Origin: Terriglobia bacterium
Lineage (GTDB): Bacteria; Acidobacteriota; Terriglobia; 20CM-2-55-15
NCBI GenBank assembly: GCA_965198225.1
Contig: CBDAOY010000007.1
Location: forward strand, 736,001 to 800,000
Reading direction: 5' to 3'
DNA length: 64,000 nt
Part shown: positions 1-10,598 of the stretch, piece after piece
Layout: the number at the start of each line of letters is the position of its first letter
Numbering within the stretch: the first letter of the stretch is position 1
Position numbers and translations under genes: made by a program
The notes under the pieces: model-generated
Databases searched by the model: none
Told to the model about the DNA's origin: nothing
Seen by the model: only the letters and a program-made list of their open reading frames with translations

Positions 1-60
1 CCCACTCTTCGTCGTGGTAGGCGACCATCAGCGGGTCCGATCCCGCCCATTCGCACCGCT

Positions 61-825
61 TCACCCTTGCGCTTCCTTCCTGGCAACGAGACATAGTCGA
101 GCTGAGTCCACAGAGAACGGCTCTCCTGTCGCAGTATCGAGGGCTTCGAAATCGCCGAAACCAGCGGACTCCAGCAGTGACACCAGTTCGCGGTAGGTGT
201 AAACCCGGAGGGAGAATCTCTTCGTTGCCTTCTGATCGTCGGTTATCAGGATCCAGTCCGAATCGACTCGGCTGTTCTCGTGATCGTAGGAGCATTCCTC
301 CACGAGTATCCAGTCTCCCGCGCGGCTCCATATGCGGGACCGAAAATCTCGAAGGACGATCTCGGTGACGTACGTGTCGATCAGGAACTTGCCGCCAGGC
401 TTCAGCGCCCGCCACACCGCCTCGACGAAATCTCGATTACCTTTATCGTCAAAGTATCCAAAACTGCTCCAATAACAGATCGCAGCGTCGAACTCGTCCC
501 ACCAGGGGAGATCCCGCATATCGCCCTGACGGCAAGTCAACTTTACTGACTGTTCTTGCGCTCTCTTGTTCGCTGCTTCAACGAGCGCCGGCTGGAGATC
601 GATCCCGGTTACGTCCCAACCGCCCAGGGCGAGCTGAAGGCCGAGACGGCCGTTGCCGCAGGGAACGTCCAGCACCTTTGATGCAGCTTCGAGGTTGAGC
701 GTCTTACGGATGAAGTCGGTTTCGGCAAGAGTTGCCTCGTCAGTCTTGGCTCGTTCGAGAAAGTCCGGCCACACGCCGGTGAAGAAATCGTTCCACCAAT
801 CACTTTGAGCCGAGTCGCCAGACAT
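61..825 (-). CDS. Class I SAM-dependent methyltransferase
   Basis: 254 aa ORF with motif I VLDVPCGNGR, plus GDMRDLP and LKPGGKFLID. Confidence 0.9.
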   Translation of the reverse strand: MSGDSAQSDWWNDFFTGVWPDFLERAKTDEATLAETDFIRKTLNLEAASKVLDVPCGNGRLGLQLALGGWDVTGIDLQPALVEAANKRAQEQSVKLTCRQGDMRDLPWWDEFDAAICYWSSFGYFDDKGNRDFVEAVWRALKPGGKFLIDTYVTEIVLRDFRSRIWSRAGDWILVEECSYDHENSRVDSDWILITDDQKATKRFSLRVYTYRELVSLLESAGFGDFEALDTATGEPFSVDSARLCLVARKEAQG

Positions 826-841
826 TATTCGGGAGGCAAAA

Positions 842-914
842 TGCCGAGGGACGGAATTGAACCGCCGACGCCGGCCTTTTCAGGGCCGCGCTCTACCAAC
901 TGAGCTACCTCGGC
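842..914 (-). tRNA. tRNA-Phe (GAA), CCA not encoded
   Basis: Reverse complement GCCGAGGTAGCTCAGTTGGTAGAGCGCGGCCCTGAAAAGGCCGGCGTCGGCGGTTCAATTCCGTCCCTCGGCA folds as a cloverleaf with anticodon loop CTGAAAA and T-loop GTTCAA. Confidence 0.96.
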
Positions 915-1014
915 ACGCGCCCCGGTTCACTCTTCGAACAGAGAAGCGAACCCCTAAGATAGCGGTTTTGATACTGCGGGTAAAGGGTCAATAGGAGGTC
1001 CGGCCGGCCCGACC

Positions 1015-1282
1015 AGTGGCCTGTGACAGAGAGAGTGGTAGTGGCGTTGCGAGCGCAACGGTACCGGATTCTAGGAGTGCCGCCCGAGGTAATGCTGTTT
1101 CATTCCGAGAAGGCGCGACAACGAAGACGGTGCTGTTCCGCCGCAACCCGAAGGGACGATGGGTCCTGCCCTCCGTGCCTGATGAGCTAGGAGACAGGCG
1201 ATGTCCTTGGCTCGGCGACGATTCATCAAAGAAACCGCAAGGCCCATCGGCGACGCTGGCACTCTCTCTGTTACAGGTCACT
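1015..1282. mobile_element. MITE-like TIR element, family D copy 1
   Basis: 23-bp TIR AGTGGCCTGTGACAGAGAGAGTG / CACTCTCTCTGTTACAGGTCACT (2 mismatches); core shared with 38472-38761 and 47641-47915. Confidence 0.75.
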
Positions 1283-4200
1283 CTGCCTTCGAGATACCGA
1301 TCTCGCAGGTTAGTCCGTCGATCTCCCATCGAGCCTGGTGATCCGCTTCCACCCGCTCGGTATCCACCGCCACTGCCAGGGTCTCCGACATGACGTAGTC
1401 GGAAAGCTCGAGGATTGCGCGAGTGAGGTTGTCGTCGGCCTTGACGCCGATCCGGATCCTGTCGGTGACTTCCAGCCCGGCGTCCTTTCTCATGTTCTGG
1501 ACGCGGTTCACGAATTCCCGAGCCAGGCCTTCATCGACCAGATCCGGCGTCAGGGCGGTGTCGATGGCGACGGTGAGACCGTCCCTCGATTCAACCATCC
1601 AGCCTTCGATGTCTTTTGCGGCTACCGAGACGTCTTCACCCTCGATCGTAACAGCGTTCCCGCCAACCTCGGTTTCAAACGAACCCCGGCTTTCGAGCTG
1701 GAGGATCTCTTCCTTCGACATCGATCGAATGCGGTTTGCCACCGCATTGACGGCCTTGCCGAAACGCGGCCCGAGACGCCTGAAGTTCGGCGTTGCGCTC
1801 TTCTGGACCAGTGGCGAGTCGTCGTCGATAAACTCGATTTCCTTCACGTTGATTTCCTCGAGTATCACTTCTCGAGTCCTCTCGATGGGATCCCGAACGT
1901 CGTCGGACACCGGGATGGCGATCCGGCTCAGGGGCTGTCGTACCTTCAGCCCGCTTCGGGAACGCATCGAGCGCACCAGGAAGACGATACTCTGCGCGAG
2001 TTCCATGCGACGTTCCAGGTTCTCGTCGATCCGGTCGCTTTGGGGTTCGATCATCGGAGCCACGTGGATCGAAGGATGTTTTTCCCGTCCTGTGGCTTCC
2101 ATCAGGCATCGATACAGTTCATCGGATACAAAAGGTGCGATGGGCGCCATCATCTTTGCGATGCCGGCAAGGCATTCGAACAGCGTCTGGTATGCGGCAA
2201 TTTTGTCGGAACTGAGCTCGCTCTTCCAAAATCGGCGACGGTTTCGCCGGACGTACCAGTTGGAGAGCTGCTCGATCGCGAAATCGGACACGAGGCGAGC
2301 GGCCCGGGTCGGATCGTAAGCTTCCATCGCGTTCAAGTAATCTGCAGCCGTCGTATCGAGAAGGGACAGAATCCACCGGTCGATGTCGGCGCGCTCTGAA
2401 ATCGGGACATCCTCTTCGGTGTGGGTGAATCCGTCGATGTTTGCGTACAGCGCGAAGAACGAATAGGTGTTCAGCAGCGTGGAGAACAGCTTCCGCTGAA
2501 CCTCTCCGATTGCGTCCTCGTCGAACAGTTTGGGCTTCCACGGAGGAGAAGAGACGATCAGGAACCACCGCACCACATCCGCCCCGTACTGGTCGATGAC
2601 GCGGAACGGGTCGACCGTGTTCCCCTTCCGCTTGGACATCTTCTGGCCGTCCTTGTCCAGGACCAGTTCGTTGACGATGACGTTCTTGAAGCACGGCTCC
2701 TTGAACAGGTGGGAGCTGATCGCGTGCAGAGTGTAGAACCAACCCCTCGTCTGGTCGATTCCTTCGGCGATGTAATCGGCGGGGAAGGAGTGCTTGAAGA
2801 TGTCCTCGTTCTCGAACGGATAGTGCCACTGGGCGAAGGGCATCGACCCGGAATCGAACCAGGCGTCTACAACCTCGGGGATTCGCCGCATTGTTCCGCC
2901 ACAGCTGCAGTCCAGAGTGACGCGATCCATGTAGGGCTTGTGCAGGTCGAGGGGATCGGGCAGGTTGTGGCCGTCCCGTTGAAGCTCGTCGACGCTTCCG
3001 ATCGACCGTCGCTCATCGCAGGACCCGCAGACCCAGATCGGTATCGGCGTACCCCAGTAGCGGTCACGCGAGATTGCCCAGTCTTTGTTTTCTTCGAGCC
3101 AGTTTCCAAATCGTCCCTCGCCGACCTCGGGTGGCTGCCAGCGTATCGACCGGTTGTAGGCGAGCATTCGAGAGGCGTAGGCGGTGGTCCGGATGTACCA
3201 GGATCGCCGGGCGTAGAAGATGAGCGGCGTGTCGCACCTCCAGCAGTGCGGGTAGCTGTGACGGTAGTTTTCCCTCAGTTGGAGTAGCCCGCGCGCCTTT
3301 AGATCCCTGGTGATTTCGGGATCTGCCTCTTTGAAGAACATGCCGGCGAAAGGACCGGCCTCTGCTCGGAACCGGCCCTCTGAATCGAGGGCGTGGATCA
3401 TCGGCAGGTTGTGGGTCTTGGACGCCTGGTAGTCGTCTTCACCGTAGGCCGGAGCCATGTGCACGATCCCCGAACCATCCGTCGTGGTCACAAAAGACGC
3501 CTCTATGACGTAGAAGGCCTTATCTTCGACGGGAAAGAAGTCGAACAGGCGCTCGTATTCCTTGCCGGCGAGCGCCGATCCCGGAAACGTTTCAACGACC
3601 TCGACGCCCTCCTCCAGAACCGACAAGCGATCCCTGGCCAGGATCAGGTATTCGTCTTCGAGCCGGACCCTGACGTATTCGACGTCCGGCCCGACCGCGA
3701 GCGCCACGTTGGAGATCAGAGTCCAGGGAGTCGTTGTCCAGACGAGGAAGAACGTGTCTTCTTCACCGACCAGGGCCGCTTTGATGTACACGGAGGGATC
3801 GTCGACATCGCGGTAACCCTGCGACACCTCGTGGGACGAAAGAGGGGTCCCGCACCTCGGGCAGTACAACTGAATCTTGAAATCCTGGTAAATCAGGCTG
3901 TCCCGGAAGAACGAATCGAGCGCCCACCACACCGACTCGATGTAGTCGTTCTCACACGTGACATAGGGCTTTTCCATATCGACCCAGTAGCCCATCCGAT
4001 GCGTGAGGTCCTCCCAGACGTTTTTGTACTCGAACACCGACTTCCGACAGGCGGCGTTGAAGCGGTCGATTCCGTACTCATCGATCTCTTCCTTGTGTTT
4101 GATACCCAGCTGGCGCTCGACCTCGATCTCAACCGGCAGGCCGTGAGTGTCCCAACCGGCCTTCCGGTGCACCTGGTAGCCCCGCATGGTCTTGTACCGG

Positions 4201-4418
4201 CAGACGAGATCCTTGATTGTCCGGGAAAACACGTGGTGGATTCCGGGCTTGCCGTTGGCCGTCGGCGGCCCCTCGTAAAAAGTGTAGTCCGGCCCGTCAT
4301 GTCGGACTTGGACGCTCTCCTCGAAGACCTTGTGCGATTTCCAATACTCGAGGATGGACTCTTCCAGCACGGGCAGCTGCTCCGGAAGCTTCAGCTTGTC
4401 CGATATCTGCCTGAACAT
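1278..4418 (-). CDS. ileS: Isoleucine--tRNA ligase (type 2-like)
   Basis: 1046 aa; EGPPTANGKPGIHH (HIGH-like), GWDTHGLP, WTTTPWT, KMSKR. Confidence 0.97.
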   Translation of the reverse strand: MFRQISDKLKLPEQLPVLEESILEYWKSHKVFEESVQVRHDGPDYTFYEGPPTANGKPGIHHVFSRTIKDLVCRYKTMRGYQVHRKAGWDTHGLPVEIEVERQLGIKHKEEIDEYGIDRFNAACRKSVFEYKNVWEDLTHRMGYWVDMEKPYVTCENDYIESVWWALDSFFRDSLIYQDFKIQLYCPRCGTPLSSHEVSQGYRDVDDPSVYIKAALVGEEDTFFLVWTTTPWTLISNVALAVGPDVEYVRVRLEDEYLILARDRLSVLEEGVEVVETFPGSALAGKEYERLFDFFPVEDKAFYVIEASFVTTTDGSGIVHMAPAYGEDDYQASKTHNLPMIHALDSEGRFRAEAGPFAGMFFKEADPEITRDLKARGLLQLRENYRHSYPHCWRCDTPLIFYARRSWYIRTTAYASRMLAYNRSIRWQPPEVGEGRFGNWLEENKDWAISRDRYWGTPIPIWVCGSCDERRSIGSVDELQRDGHNLPDPLDLHKPYMDRVTLDCSCGGTMRRIPEVVDAWFDSGSMPFAQWHYPFENEDIFKHSFPADYIAEGIDQTRGWFYTLHAISSHLFKEPCFKNVIVNELVLDKDGQKMSKRKGNTVDPFRVIDQYGADVVRWFLIVSSPPWKPKLFDEDAIGEVQRKLFSTLLNTYSFFALYANIDGFTHTEEDVPISERADIDRWILSLLDTTAADYLNAMEAYDPTRAARLVSDFAIEQLSNWYVRRNRRRFWKSELSSDKIAAYQTLFECLAGIAKMMAPIAPFVSDELYRCLMEATGREKHPSIHVAPMIEPQSDRIDENLERRMELAQSIVFLVRSMRSRSGLKVRQPLSRIAIPVSDDVRDPIERTREVILEEINVKEIEFIDDDSPLVQKSATPNFRRLGPRFGKAVNAVANRIRSMSKEEILQLESRGSFETEVGGNAVTIEGEDVSVAAKDIEGWMVESRDGLTVAIDTALTPDLVDEGLAREFVNRVQNMRKDAGLEVTDRIRIGVKADDNLTRAILELSDYVMSETLAVAVDTERVEADHQARWEIDGLTCEIGISKAE

Positions 4419-4480
4419 CCCTCTAATCTAACATGTCAAGTCAGGCGGAGATCCGTGCGTCGCGCGTCACGGCCCGCGAG

Positions 4481-4523
4481 GGAGCCACTGTGAGGGGGAC
4501 AGGGCTAGCCCTGTCCCCGGGTG
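4481..4523. repeat. Palindromic repeat family B (GTGAGGGGGACAGGG-n-CCCTGTCCCCGGGT)
   Basis: Similar copies at 17778, 18005, 24808, 45388, 45481 (partial) and 51605. Confidence 0.85.
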
Positions 4524-4582
4524 GTGTGCTCAATCGACCAATTGCCGTGAGGGATTGTTCAAGTGTGCGATGCCTATGGTCC

Positions 4583-4656
4583 GGTGTAGGTGCGGTCTAT
4601 GACCGCACAATTCATCAAGATGCGATATTTGTGCGCTCACAGAGCGCACCTACACC
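4583..4656. repeat. REP doublet (REPIN-like), GTAG family A
   Basis: GTGTAGGTGCGGTCTATGACCGCAC ... GTGCGCTCACAGAGCGCACCTACAC in inverted orientation; GTAG precedes the hairpin. Confidence 0.85.
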
Positions 4657-4682
4657 TGGGGGAAGATTCCGCCATCTATCCC

Positions 4683-4711
4683 AAAAAAAAGCCTCCGCTT
4701 TCGCGGAGCCT
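4683..4711 (-). terminator. Intrinsic terminator downstream of recA
   Basis: Minus strand AGGCTCCGCGAAAGCGGAGGC followed by T8. Confidence 0.8.
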
Positions 4712-4773
4712 GCGCAACGAGTTGTGAGAACTGAGTGAGATACTAGGCTTATCGGTCGGAAAGCCGTTTCGCT

Positions 4774-5862
4774 TTACTTCTTTTTGTGCCGGCGCTTCCT
4801 CGAGGGCTCAGACTCAGCGTCGTTGGCCGGAGTTGCGGCCACGGCCGCCACCCGGGTTCCAGCCACTCCAAGACCGAGTTTTCCTCGAACGGCTTCTTCG
4901 ACCCGCGCATGGTATTCATCATTGTCACGCAGGAACTGCTTTGCGTTTTCGCGCCCCTGGCCGAGTCGCTCGCCTTCGAAGGAGAACCACGAGCCGCTCT
5001 TGTCGACGATATTGTGGTCGACTGCCAGGTCCAGAAGTTCTCCCTGGGTAGAGATCCCCTCGCCGTACATGATGTCGAATTCCGCATTGCGGAAAGGAGG
5101 AGCGACCTTATTCTTGACGACCTTGACGCGGGTGCGGTTGCCGACGATAGCGTCCCCGTCCTTGATCGAGCCGATCCGCCGAATGTCGGCTCTGATGGAC
5201 GAATAGAACTTCAGCGCCCGGCCGCCGGTCGTCGTTTCAGGATTGCCGAACATCACCCCGATCTTTTCGCGGATCTGGTTGATGAAGATCAGGCTTGTCC
5301 GGGACTTCGAGACCACCCCGGTAAGCTTCCGCAGAGCCTGAGACATCAGCCGGGCCTGGAGGCCCATCTGCGCCTCTCCCATCTCCCCTTCCAGTTCCGC
5401 CCGGGGAACCAGGGCCGCTACCGAGTCGACTACAACGACATCGATTGCGCCGCTGCGGATCAGTACTTCGGTGATCTCCAGGGCCTGTTCGCCGCTGTCG
5501 GGCTGGGACACCAGGAGATTGTCCACGTCGACTCCCAGCTTGCCTGCGTAGACGGCGTCCAGAGCATGTTCAGCGTCGACGAAAGCTGCTGTACCGCCGA
5601 GCTTCTGAGCTTCGGCAATTATATGCAGCGTCAGCGTTGTCTTGCCGCTGGATTCCGGCCCGTAGATTTCCGCCACTCGTCCTCTTGGAAACCCGCCGAC
5701 ACCGAGTGCCGCGTCGAGAGCAAGTGATCCGGACGGGATGGTTTCGATCTTGGGGATGTTGTCGCTACCCAGGCGCATGATCGATCCCTTGCCGAATTGT
5801 TTCTCGATCTGGGTGACCGCGAGGTCAAGTGCTCGTGCTTTTTCTTTTGTTTCTTCTGCCAT
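4774..5862 (-). CDS. recA: Recombinase RecA
   Basis: GPESSGKTT Walker [28 protein letters not shown]. Confidence 0.99.
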   Translation of the reverse strand: MAEETKEKARALDLAVTQIEKQFGKGSIMRLGSDNIPKIETIPSGSLALDAALGVGGFPRGRVAEIYGPESSGKTTLTLHIIAEAQKLGGTAAFVDAEHALDAVYAGKLGVDVDNLLVSQPDSGEQALEITEVLIRSGAIDVVVVDSVAALVPRAELEGEMGEAQMGLQARLMSQALRKLTGVVSKSRTSLIFINQIREKIGVMFGNPETTTGGRALKFYSSIRADIRRIGSIKDGDAIVGNRTRVKVVKNKVAPPFRNAEFDIMYGEGISTQGELLDLAVDHNIVDKSGSWFSFEGERLGQGRENAKQFLRDNDEYHARVEEAVRGKLGLGVAGTRVAAVAATPANDAESEPSRKRRHKKK

Positions 5863-5941
5863 GTTTCCTCTTTCCTGTTCTGGGCCGGTCGGTCACCTGT
5901 CCTGGGGACACGGGTGACGGGAAGGGCTGAACTCTACTTTA

Positions 5942-7093
5942 TTACGTTGCGCGCTCGGCGCTCCAACAGTTCGTGAGGCGCAGCTCGTCGCGAACGAGAC
6001 CGGTCAACTGGTCCGGGGTCACCCTGCCGTCGGAAAAACTCGGAACCATCCGGCGGTATCTCCCCTCCTCGGGGTCGATTTGCTGCGCGTGGCTGAAGGA
6101 TTCCTTGGCTTTGCGTCGCCAGTTCATTTCCAGGCAAAGCAGTCCCATCTGGTAGAACGCCTCGCCGAACCCCGGATCCATCTGGGTGGCCTGTTTCAGA
6201 TGATCGATCGCACGCCGGTGGCGGCCGCCTGCGTAATAGATCGCTCCCAGCATGAAATGGATCGGCGCCGACGGCTGCAATTCGAGGGCCCGGCTGAGAT
6301 GGTCCCGTGCCAGCTGCGGGTTTCCGCTGTCGAGCAGCAGGGAACCCAGGGTGGCGAGCGCGGCCGGTGAATCGCTCCTGAGGCCGACAGCCCGTTCCAG
6401 GAGCCGCTGAGATTCACGGTAGTTTCCGTTTTGCTTCTGGAGCAGCCCCATCAGCAGCGTGGCTTCGAAGTGATCGGTCTTGGTGTCCAGCACCCGCCGG
6501 AGACACTCGCTCGACCGGCCGAATTCGGCGGACTGGAAGTACGCTTCGGCGAGCAGCATACCGAGTTCGTAGTTCGAAGGATCGTTCTCGTACGCCGACT
6601 CCAGCGAATGGAGGCTCTCGGTCGTGCGGTCCGACGCCAGCAGCTCATACGCCCGCTCCATCCACATCGTGAACTGCTTCCGTTGAGAGCCCCGGTAGAG
6701 GTCGATGATCTCTTCCATCCGGGAGCCCAGTCTGTCGACTTCTTCGTTCTCCAGAAGCCGTGCGTCGATCTTCTTCCTCCACTCCGATTCCAGATTTGCC
6801 AGATTGATTCCGGCCGATTCAAGAGAGTCGGTGAGTGTCTCGATCATGGTGTGGTCGATGAAACTGTTCGCGGCCACCCGTTCGACGGTTTCGCCAAGCG
6901 TATCGAGACGTTTATTGATCGCGGACAGTGCGTGTTCCATCGCGCTGATTCGTTCGAGCACGTGCTCATCCATGAAGCCCATCGGCGACTCGGACGCGAC
7001 TGTTCCGGAGGCCACGAGGAGCTTCCAGCCGCATTTCCAGCAGAACTGCCGCGTCAGCGCGTTCCGTGTGGTGCAATTCTGGCAGTGGATCAT
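5942..7093 (-). CDS. Zinc-ribbon + coiled-coil + TPR protein
   Basis: N-terminal CQNC..CWKC and multiple TPR-like repeats; start moved to MIHCQNC. Confidence 0.8.
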   Translation of the reverse strand: MIHCQNCTTRNALTRQFCWKCGWKLLVASGTVASESPMGFMDEHVLERISAMEHALSAINKRLDTLGETVERVAANSFIDHTMIETLTDSLESAGINLANLESEWRKKIDARLLENEEVDRLGSRMEEIIDLYRGSQRKQFTMWMERAYELLASDRTTESLHSLESAYENDPSNYELGMLLAEAYFQSAEFGRSSECLRRVLDTKTDHFEATLLMGLLQKQNGNYRESQRLLERAVGLRSDSPAALATLGSLLLDSGNPQLARDHLSRALELQPSAPIHFMLGAIYYAGGRHRRAIDHLKQATQMDPGFGEAFYQMGLLCLEMNWRRKAKESFSHAQQIDPEEGRYRRMVPSFSDGRVTPDQLTGLVRDELRLTNCWSAERAT

Positions 7094-7163
7094 GGTTAAG
7101 AATGATCGAGACGCAGGACAGGTGTGGTCCATTGGGGAAGTAGTCGGTTGTCGGACGCTTCCT

Positions 7164-7197
7164 AACGGCCTACGGACAACGGCCTACGGCCTACGAG
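7164..7197. repeat. Heptamer tandem array (TAGGCCG/TTGTCCG), family H
   Basis: aacggcctacggacaacggcctacggcctacga; related arrays near 13569, 13716, 13978-14075, 24871 and 45300. Confidence 0.8.
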
Positions 7198-8045
7198 TAT
7201 TCGTAGAACCCACGCCCTGTCTTTCTGCCCAAAAACCCCCCATCGACCATCTTCTTGAGCAAAGGGCACGGGCGATACTTGGAGTCTCCGAGGCCGTTAT
7301 GCAGGACTTCCATGATGTCCAAGCAGACATCCAGGCCGATCAGGTCGGCCAGGGTCAACGGTCCCATCGGGTGGTTCATGCCGAGCTTCATCACGGTATC
7401 GACGGCTTCTGCGTCTCCGACGCCTTCCATCAGGCAGTAGATAGCCTCGTTGATCATCGGCATCAGGACGCGGTTCGAGACGAAACCGGGATAGTCGTTC
7501 ACCTCGACCGGCGTTTTGCCGAGACGCTCCGACAAATCGCGGGTAGTTTCGAATGTCTCGTCCGAAGTGGCCAGCCCGCGGACGATCTCCACCAGTTTCA
7601 TCACCGGTACCGGGTTCATGAAATGCATGCCGATGACCTTGTCGGCGCGGTCGGTTGACGCGGCAATCCTGGTTATGGAGATCGATGATGTGTTGGAAGC
7701 TAGAATGACACCAGGTTTACTTATGTCAGCAAGTTCTGTGAAAATATTCAACTTTATGTCGAGGTTTTCCGTGGCAGCCTCGATCACAAAATCGGTCTCG
7801 GCCAGGTCCTGTTTTGCGACGGTTGTGGCAATTCGTGCCAGCGCGACCTCCTTCTCCCCGACAGTCAGTTTTTCTCGGGCCACTTCGCGGTCCATATTCC
7901 TGGAAATCGTGGACAATGCCTGCTCCAGAAGCCGCTGTTCAAGGTCAAAAAGAACAACGTTCAAGCCGGCCCGGGCCAGGACGTGGGCGATCCCATTTCC
8001 CATGGTTCCGCATCCGACAACACCTGTCGAGTTGATCTGGGCCAA
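7191..8045 (-). CDS. hbd: 3-hydroxybutyryl-CoA dehydrogenase
   Basis: [11 protein letters not shown] Rossmann motif, [24 protein letters not shown]. Confidence 0.93.
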   Translation of the reverse strand: MAQINSTGVVGCGTMGNGIAHVLARAGLNVVLFDLEQRLLEQALSTISRNMDREVAREKLTVGEKEVALARIATTVAKQDLAETDFVIEAATENLDIKLNIFTELADISKPGVILASNTSSISITRIAASTDRADKVIGMHFMNPVPVMKLVEIVRGLATSDETFETTRDLSERLGKTPVEVNDYPGFVSNRVLMPMINEAIYCLMEGVGDAEAVDTVMKLGMNHPMGPLTLADLIGLDVCLDIMEVLHNGLGDSKYRPCPLLKKMVDGGFLGRKTGRGFYEYS

Positions 8046-8090
8046 CGGATTCCTCCTGCAAAAGGTTATTCGGGCGGGGGAGCGCCCGAT

Positions 8091-9269
8091 TCAGCGCTCG
8101 ATGGCCATGGCGACCGCGTTGCCCCCGCCGAGGCACAGCGTAGCGATTCCGCGCTTTACGTCACGACGCGCCATTTCGTAGAGCAGGGTAACCAGGATGC
8201 GGGCGCCGCTGGCGCCGATCGGGTGACCGATTGCGACGGCTCCTCCGTTAACGTTCACCCGCGCCGGATCCAGCTCCAGTTGCTCCATCACAGCAACCGC
8301 CTGCACGGAGAACGCCTCGTTCAACTCCACCAGATCCACGTCAGCAAGATTCCAGCCAATCTTGTCCACCAGCTTGCGCACGGCTTTGACCGGAGCCATC
8401 ATGACCAGGGCCGGCTCGATTCCCACCGCCGACTGCCCGACGATCCGGGCCAGGGGAGAGGCGCCCATCTCGGCAGCACGCCCTGCGGAAGTGACAACGA
8501 CCGCCGCCGCTCCGTCGTTCACGCCCGGGGCGTTTCCGGCCGTGACCGTGCCGTCTTTCTTGAAAGCAGGCTTCAGGGCCCGCAGCGCTTCGATCGAGGC
8601 ATTGGGTCTTGGGCTCTCGTCGGTGTCGAAAACGATCGGGTCACCCCGTCTTTGAGCAATCTCGACGGGAAGGATCTGATCCCGCAGCAGGCCGGATTCG
8701 ATCGCGGCCACGGCCTTCCTGTGGCTGCCCAGGGCGTACTCATCCTGTCGTTCCCTCTCGACGTGGTACTTCTCGGCGACCACCTCTCCGGTATTGCCCA
8801 TGTGGAAATCCTCGTACGCATCCCACAACCCGTCCTGAATCATCGAATCCACAACCGTCCCGTGCCCGAGTCGGTAGCCCTCGCGTGCTTTCGGGAGCAG
8901 GTAGGGGCAGTTGCTCATGCTCTCCATCCCTCCAGCCAAGACTATCTCGGACTCTCCCGTCTGGATGGCTTGTGCACCGAGTCCGACAGCCTTGAGCCCT
9001 GATCCGCACACCTTGTTGACTGTCAGTGCGGCGACCTCCGGGGTCAGTCCGCCGCCGAGCGCGGCCTGCCTGGCCGGATTCTGACCGAGTCCGGCTCCCA
9101 CGACATTGCCCATGATTACCTCGTCGACCTGTTCGGGGGCAACCCCCGCCCGTTCCACGGCCTCGCGGACCACGAGGGAGCCGAGCTTGGTCGCAGAAAG
9201 CGGCTTCAACGTTCCGTTGAATTTTCCGACGGGGGTGCGGACGGCGCTGATAATTACGGTTTCTCTCAT
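8091..9269 (-). CDS. Acetyl-CoA C-acetyltransferase (thiolase)
   Basis: [24 protein letters not shown]. Confidence 0.95.
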   Translation of the reverse strand: MRETVIISAVRTPVGKFNGTLKPLSATKLGSLVVREAVERAGVAPEQVDEVIMGNVVGAGLGQNPARQAALGGGLTPEVAALTVNKVCGSGLKAVGLGAQAIQTGESEIVLAGGMESMSNCPYLLPKAREGYRLGHGTVVDSMIQDGLWDAYEDFHMGNTGEVVAEKYHVERERQDEYALGSHRKAVAAIESGLLRDQILPVEIAQRRGDPIVFDTDESPRPNASIEALRALKPAFKKDGTVTAGNAPGVNDGAAAVVVTSAGRAAEMGASPLARIVGQSAVGIEPALVMMAPVKAVRKLVDKIGWNLADVDLVELNEAFSVQAVAVMEQLELDPARVNVNGGAVAIGHPIGASGARILVTLLYEMARRDVKRGIATLCLGGGNAVAMAIER

Positions 9270-9403
9270 CGCTCAACCTCCTCCAAACATGGGAGAAAGT
9301 AACACAAAAAAGCCCAAGGCGGAGTGAGCCGGGTGTCTCCGCAAAAACAAAAGGCGATCGCCCGGAGGACAATCGCCGACTATTCGGAGAAGAGGCCTGT
9401 GCG

Positions 9404-10495
9404 CTATCTCAGGTTGAAGTTTACCTCTATGTTCAAGGCCACGTCGACCGGCAGGCCGTTTCGCATTCCCGGGCGGAACTTCCACTGCTTCAGGGCCTGA
9501 ATCGCGTTTTCGTCGAGCCCGAAACCGAGGCTACGGACGACTCTCAGGATGTCGACGGTACCGTCGCTTCGGACGATCGCTTCGAGGACGACCGTGCCCT
9601 GGTAGCGGGCCTTGCGCGCCTCCTCAGAGTACTGGGGATCAACCTTGAAAAGAATCGTCGGAGGGCTGACACCCCCACCGATCCGGAAGACGCCGCCGCC
9701 GAAACCGCCGCCCTGTCCCTCACCGACTCCCGGGCCACTGCCTTCGCCCACGCCTCGCCCCTGACCCCTGCCGATTCCACCACCGACGCCTGGCCCGGAG
9801 CTCGGCGGGCCGGGGATGCCTTCAAGAGCTCCCAGAAGTGCGAAGTCTATCGTCTGCATGTGGGCCAACTGCGGCGCTACAACCGTCGGCTCGGCAACGA
9901 GAATCGGATCCCGATTCAAGATTTCCGGTGTCGGCGGAACTATCTGCTCATCGTCGGGCTTCGGCAGTTCGCCCAGTGAGGGCGGCTCTTCTTCCTGCAG
10001 CCCGCCGCCGCCGCCGCCGCCGGACTCATCGTCCTGGTCCGGCAGGTCCAGAATCATCGGAGGTGCGACCAGCGAAACGAAGGTTTCCCTGACCTCCAGC
10101 CCGGGGCCAAACCCGAGAACCGGGAAGATGATCAGCAGGACGGCAATCGTATGGCCTGCCACAGAGATCAGGCCGGGACCGGTCAAGTTGTATTCCGACC
10201 ACAACTCCTCTACCTCGACCGGTTCGGCGGTTGCCTGGAATTTTTCCTTCGGGTGGAGGATATCGTCGATCCTCGAGCGGAACTGGGAGATCAGGGAAAA
10301 AAACGGGGATGGAGCTTCCAAGAGTTTGCGTAGGGCTTGGGGATCCTTCTTAGCCGTCAGTTCGAGCCGGGGTCGTGGATTCTTACGCTCGTCGGACAGC
10401 TGCTTCAGCTGTCGCCGCAACGAGGTGATCCACGTGTCCTCTGCGACCGCCCCGAAAGTGGGCAGCCCTGACCGCTTTGTCTCCTGATCAGTCAT
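9404..10495 (-). CDS. Energy transducer TonB-family protein
   Basis: TM segment, Gly/Pro-rich linker, C-terminal PQYSEEARKARYQGTVVL...LGFGLDENAIQALKQWKFRP. Confidence 0.88.
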   Translation of the reverse strand: MTDQETKRSGLPTFGAVAEDTWITSLRRQLKQLSDERKNPRPRLELTAKKDPQALRKLLEAPSPFFSLISQFRSRIDDILHPKEKFQATAEPVEVEELWSEYNLTGPGLISVAGHTIAVLLIIFPVLGFGPGLEVRETFVSLVAPPMILDLPDQDDESGGGGGGGLQEEEPPSLGELPKPDDEQIVPPTPEILNRDPILVAEPTVVAPQLAHMQTIDFALLGALEGIPGPPSSGPGVGGGIGRGQGRGVGEGSGPGVGEGQGGGFGGGVFRIGGGVSPPTILFKVDPQYSEEARKARYQGTVVLEAIVRSDGTVDILRVVRSLGFGLDENAIQALKQWKFRPGMRNGLPVDVALNIEVNFNLR

Positions 10496-10598
10496 CGAAT
10501 GCTGCGATGGCCCCCGACTAACTTGTCTATACTAATGGATAGCATAGTCAGAATACCATAATTCAGGGACCCCAAATCGGGCTCCGCGGCCAAAGAAC

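Noticed and set aside
842-1015. tRNA-Phe as integration site of a genomic island
   Set aside because: No integrase and no duplicated tRNA 3' end in the window
4419-4770. T-box riboswitch upstream of ileS
   Set aside because: No T-box consensus seen; the region is explained by REP-like repeats and the recA terminator
5893-5918. Imperfect palindrome upstream of recA as a LexA box
   Set aside because: It matches no SOS box I can recognise and resembles a degenerate family B palindrome
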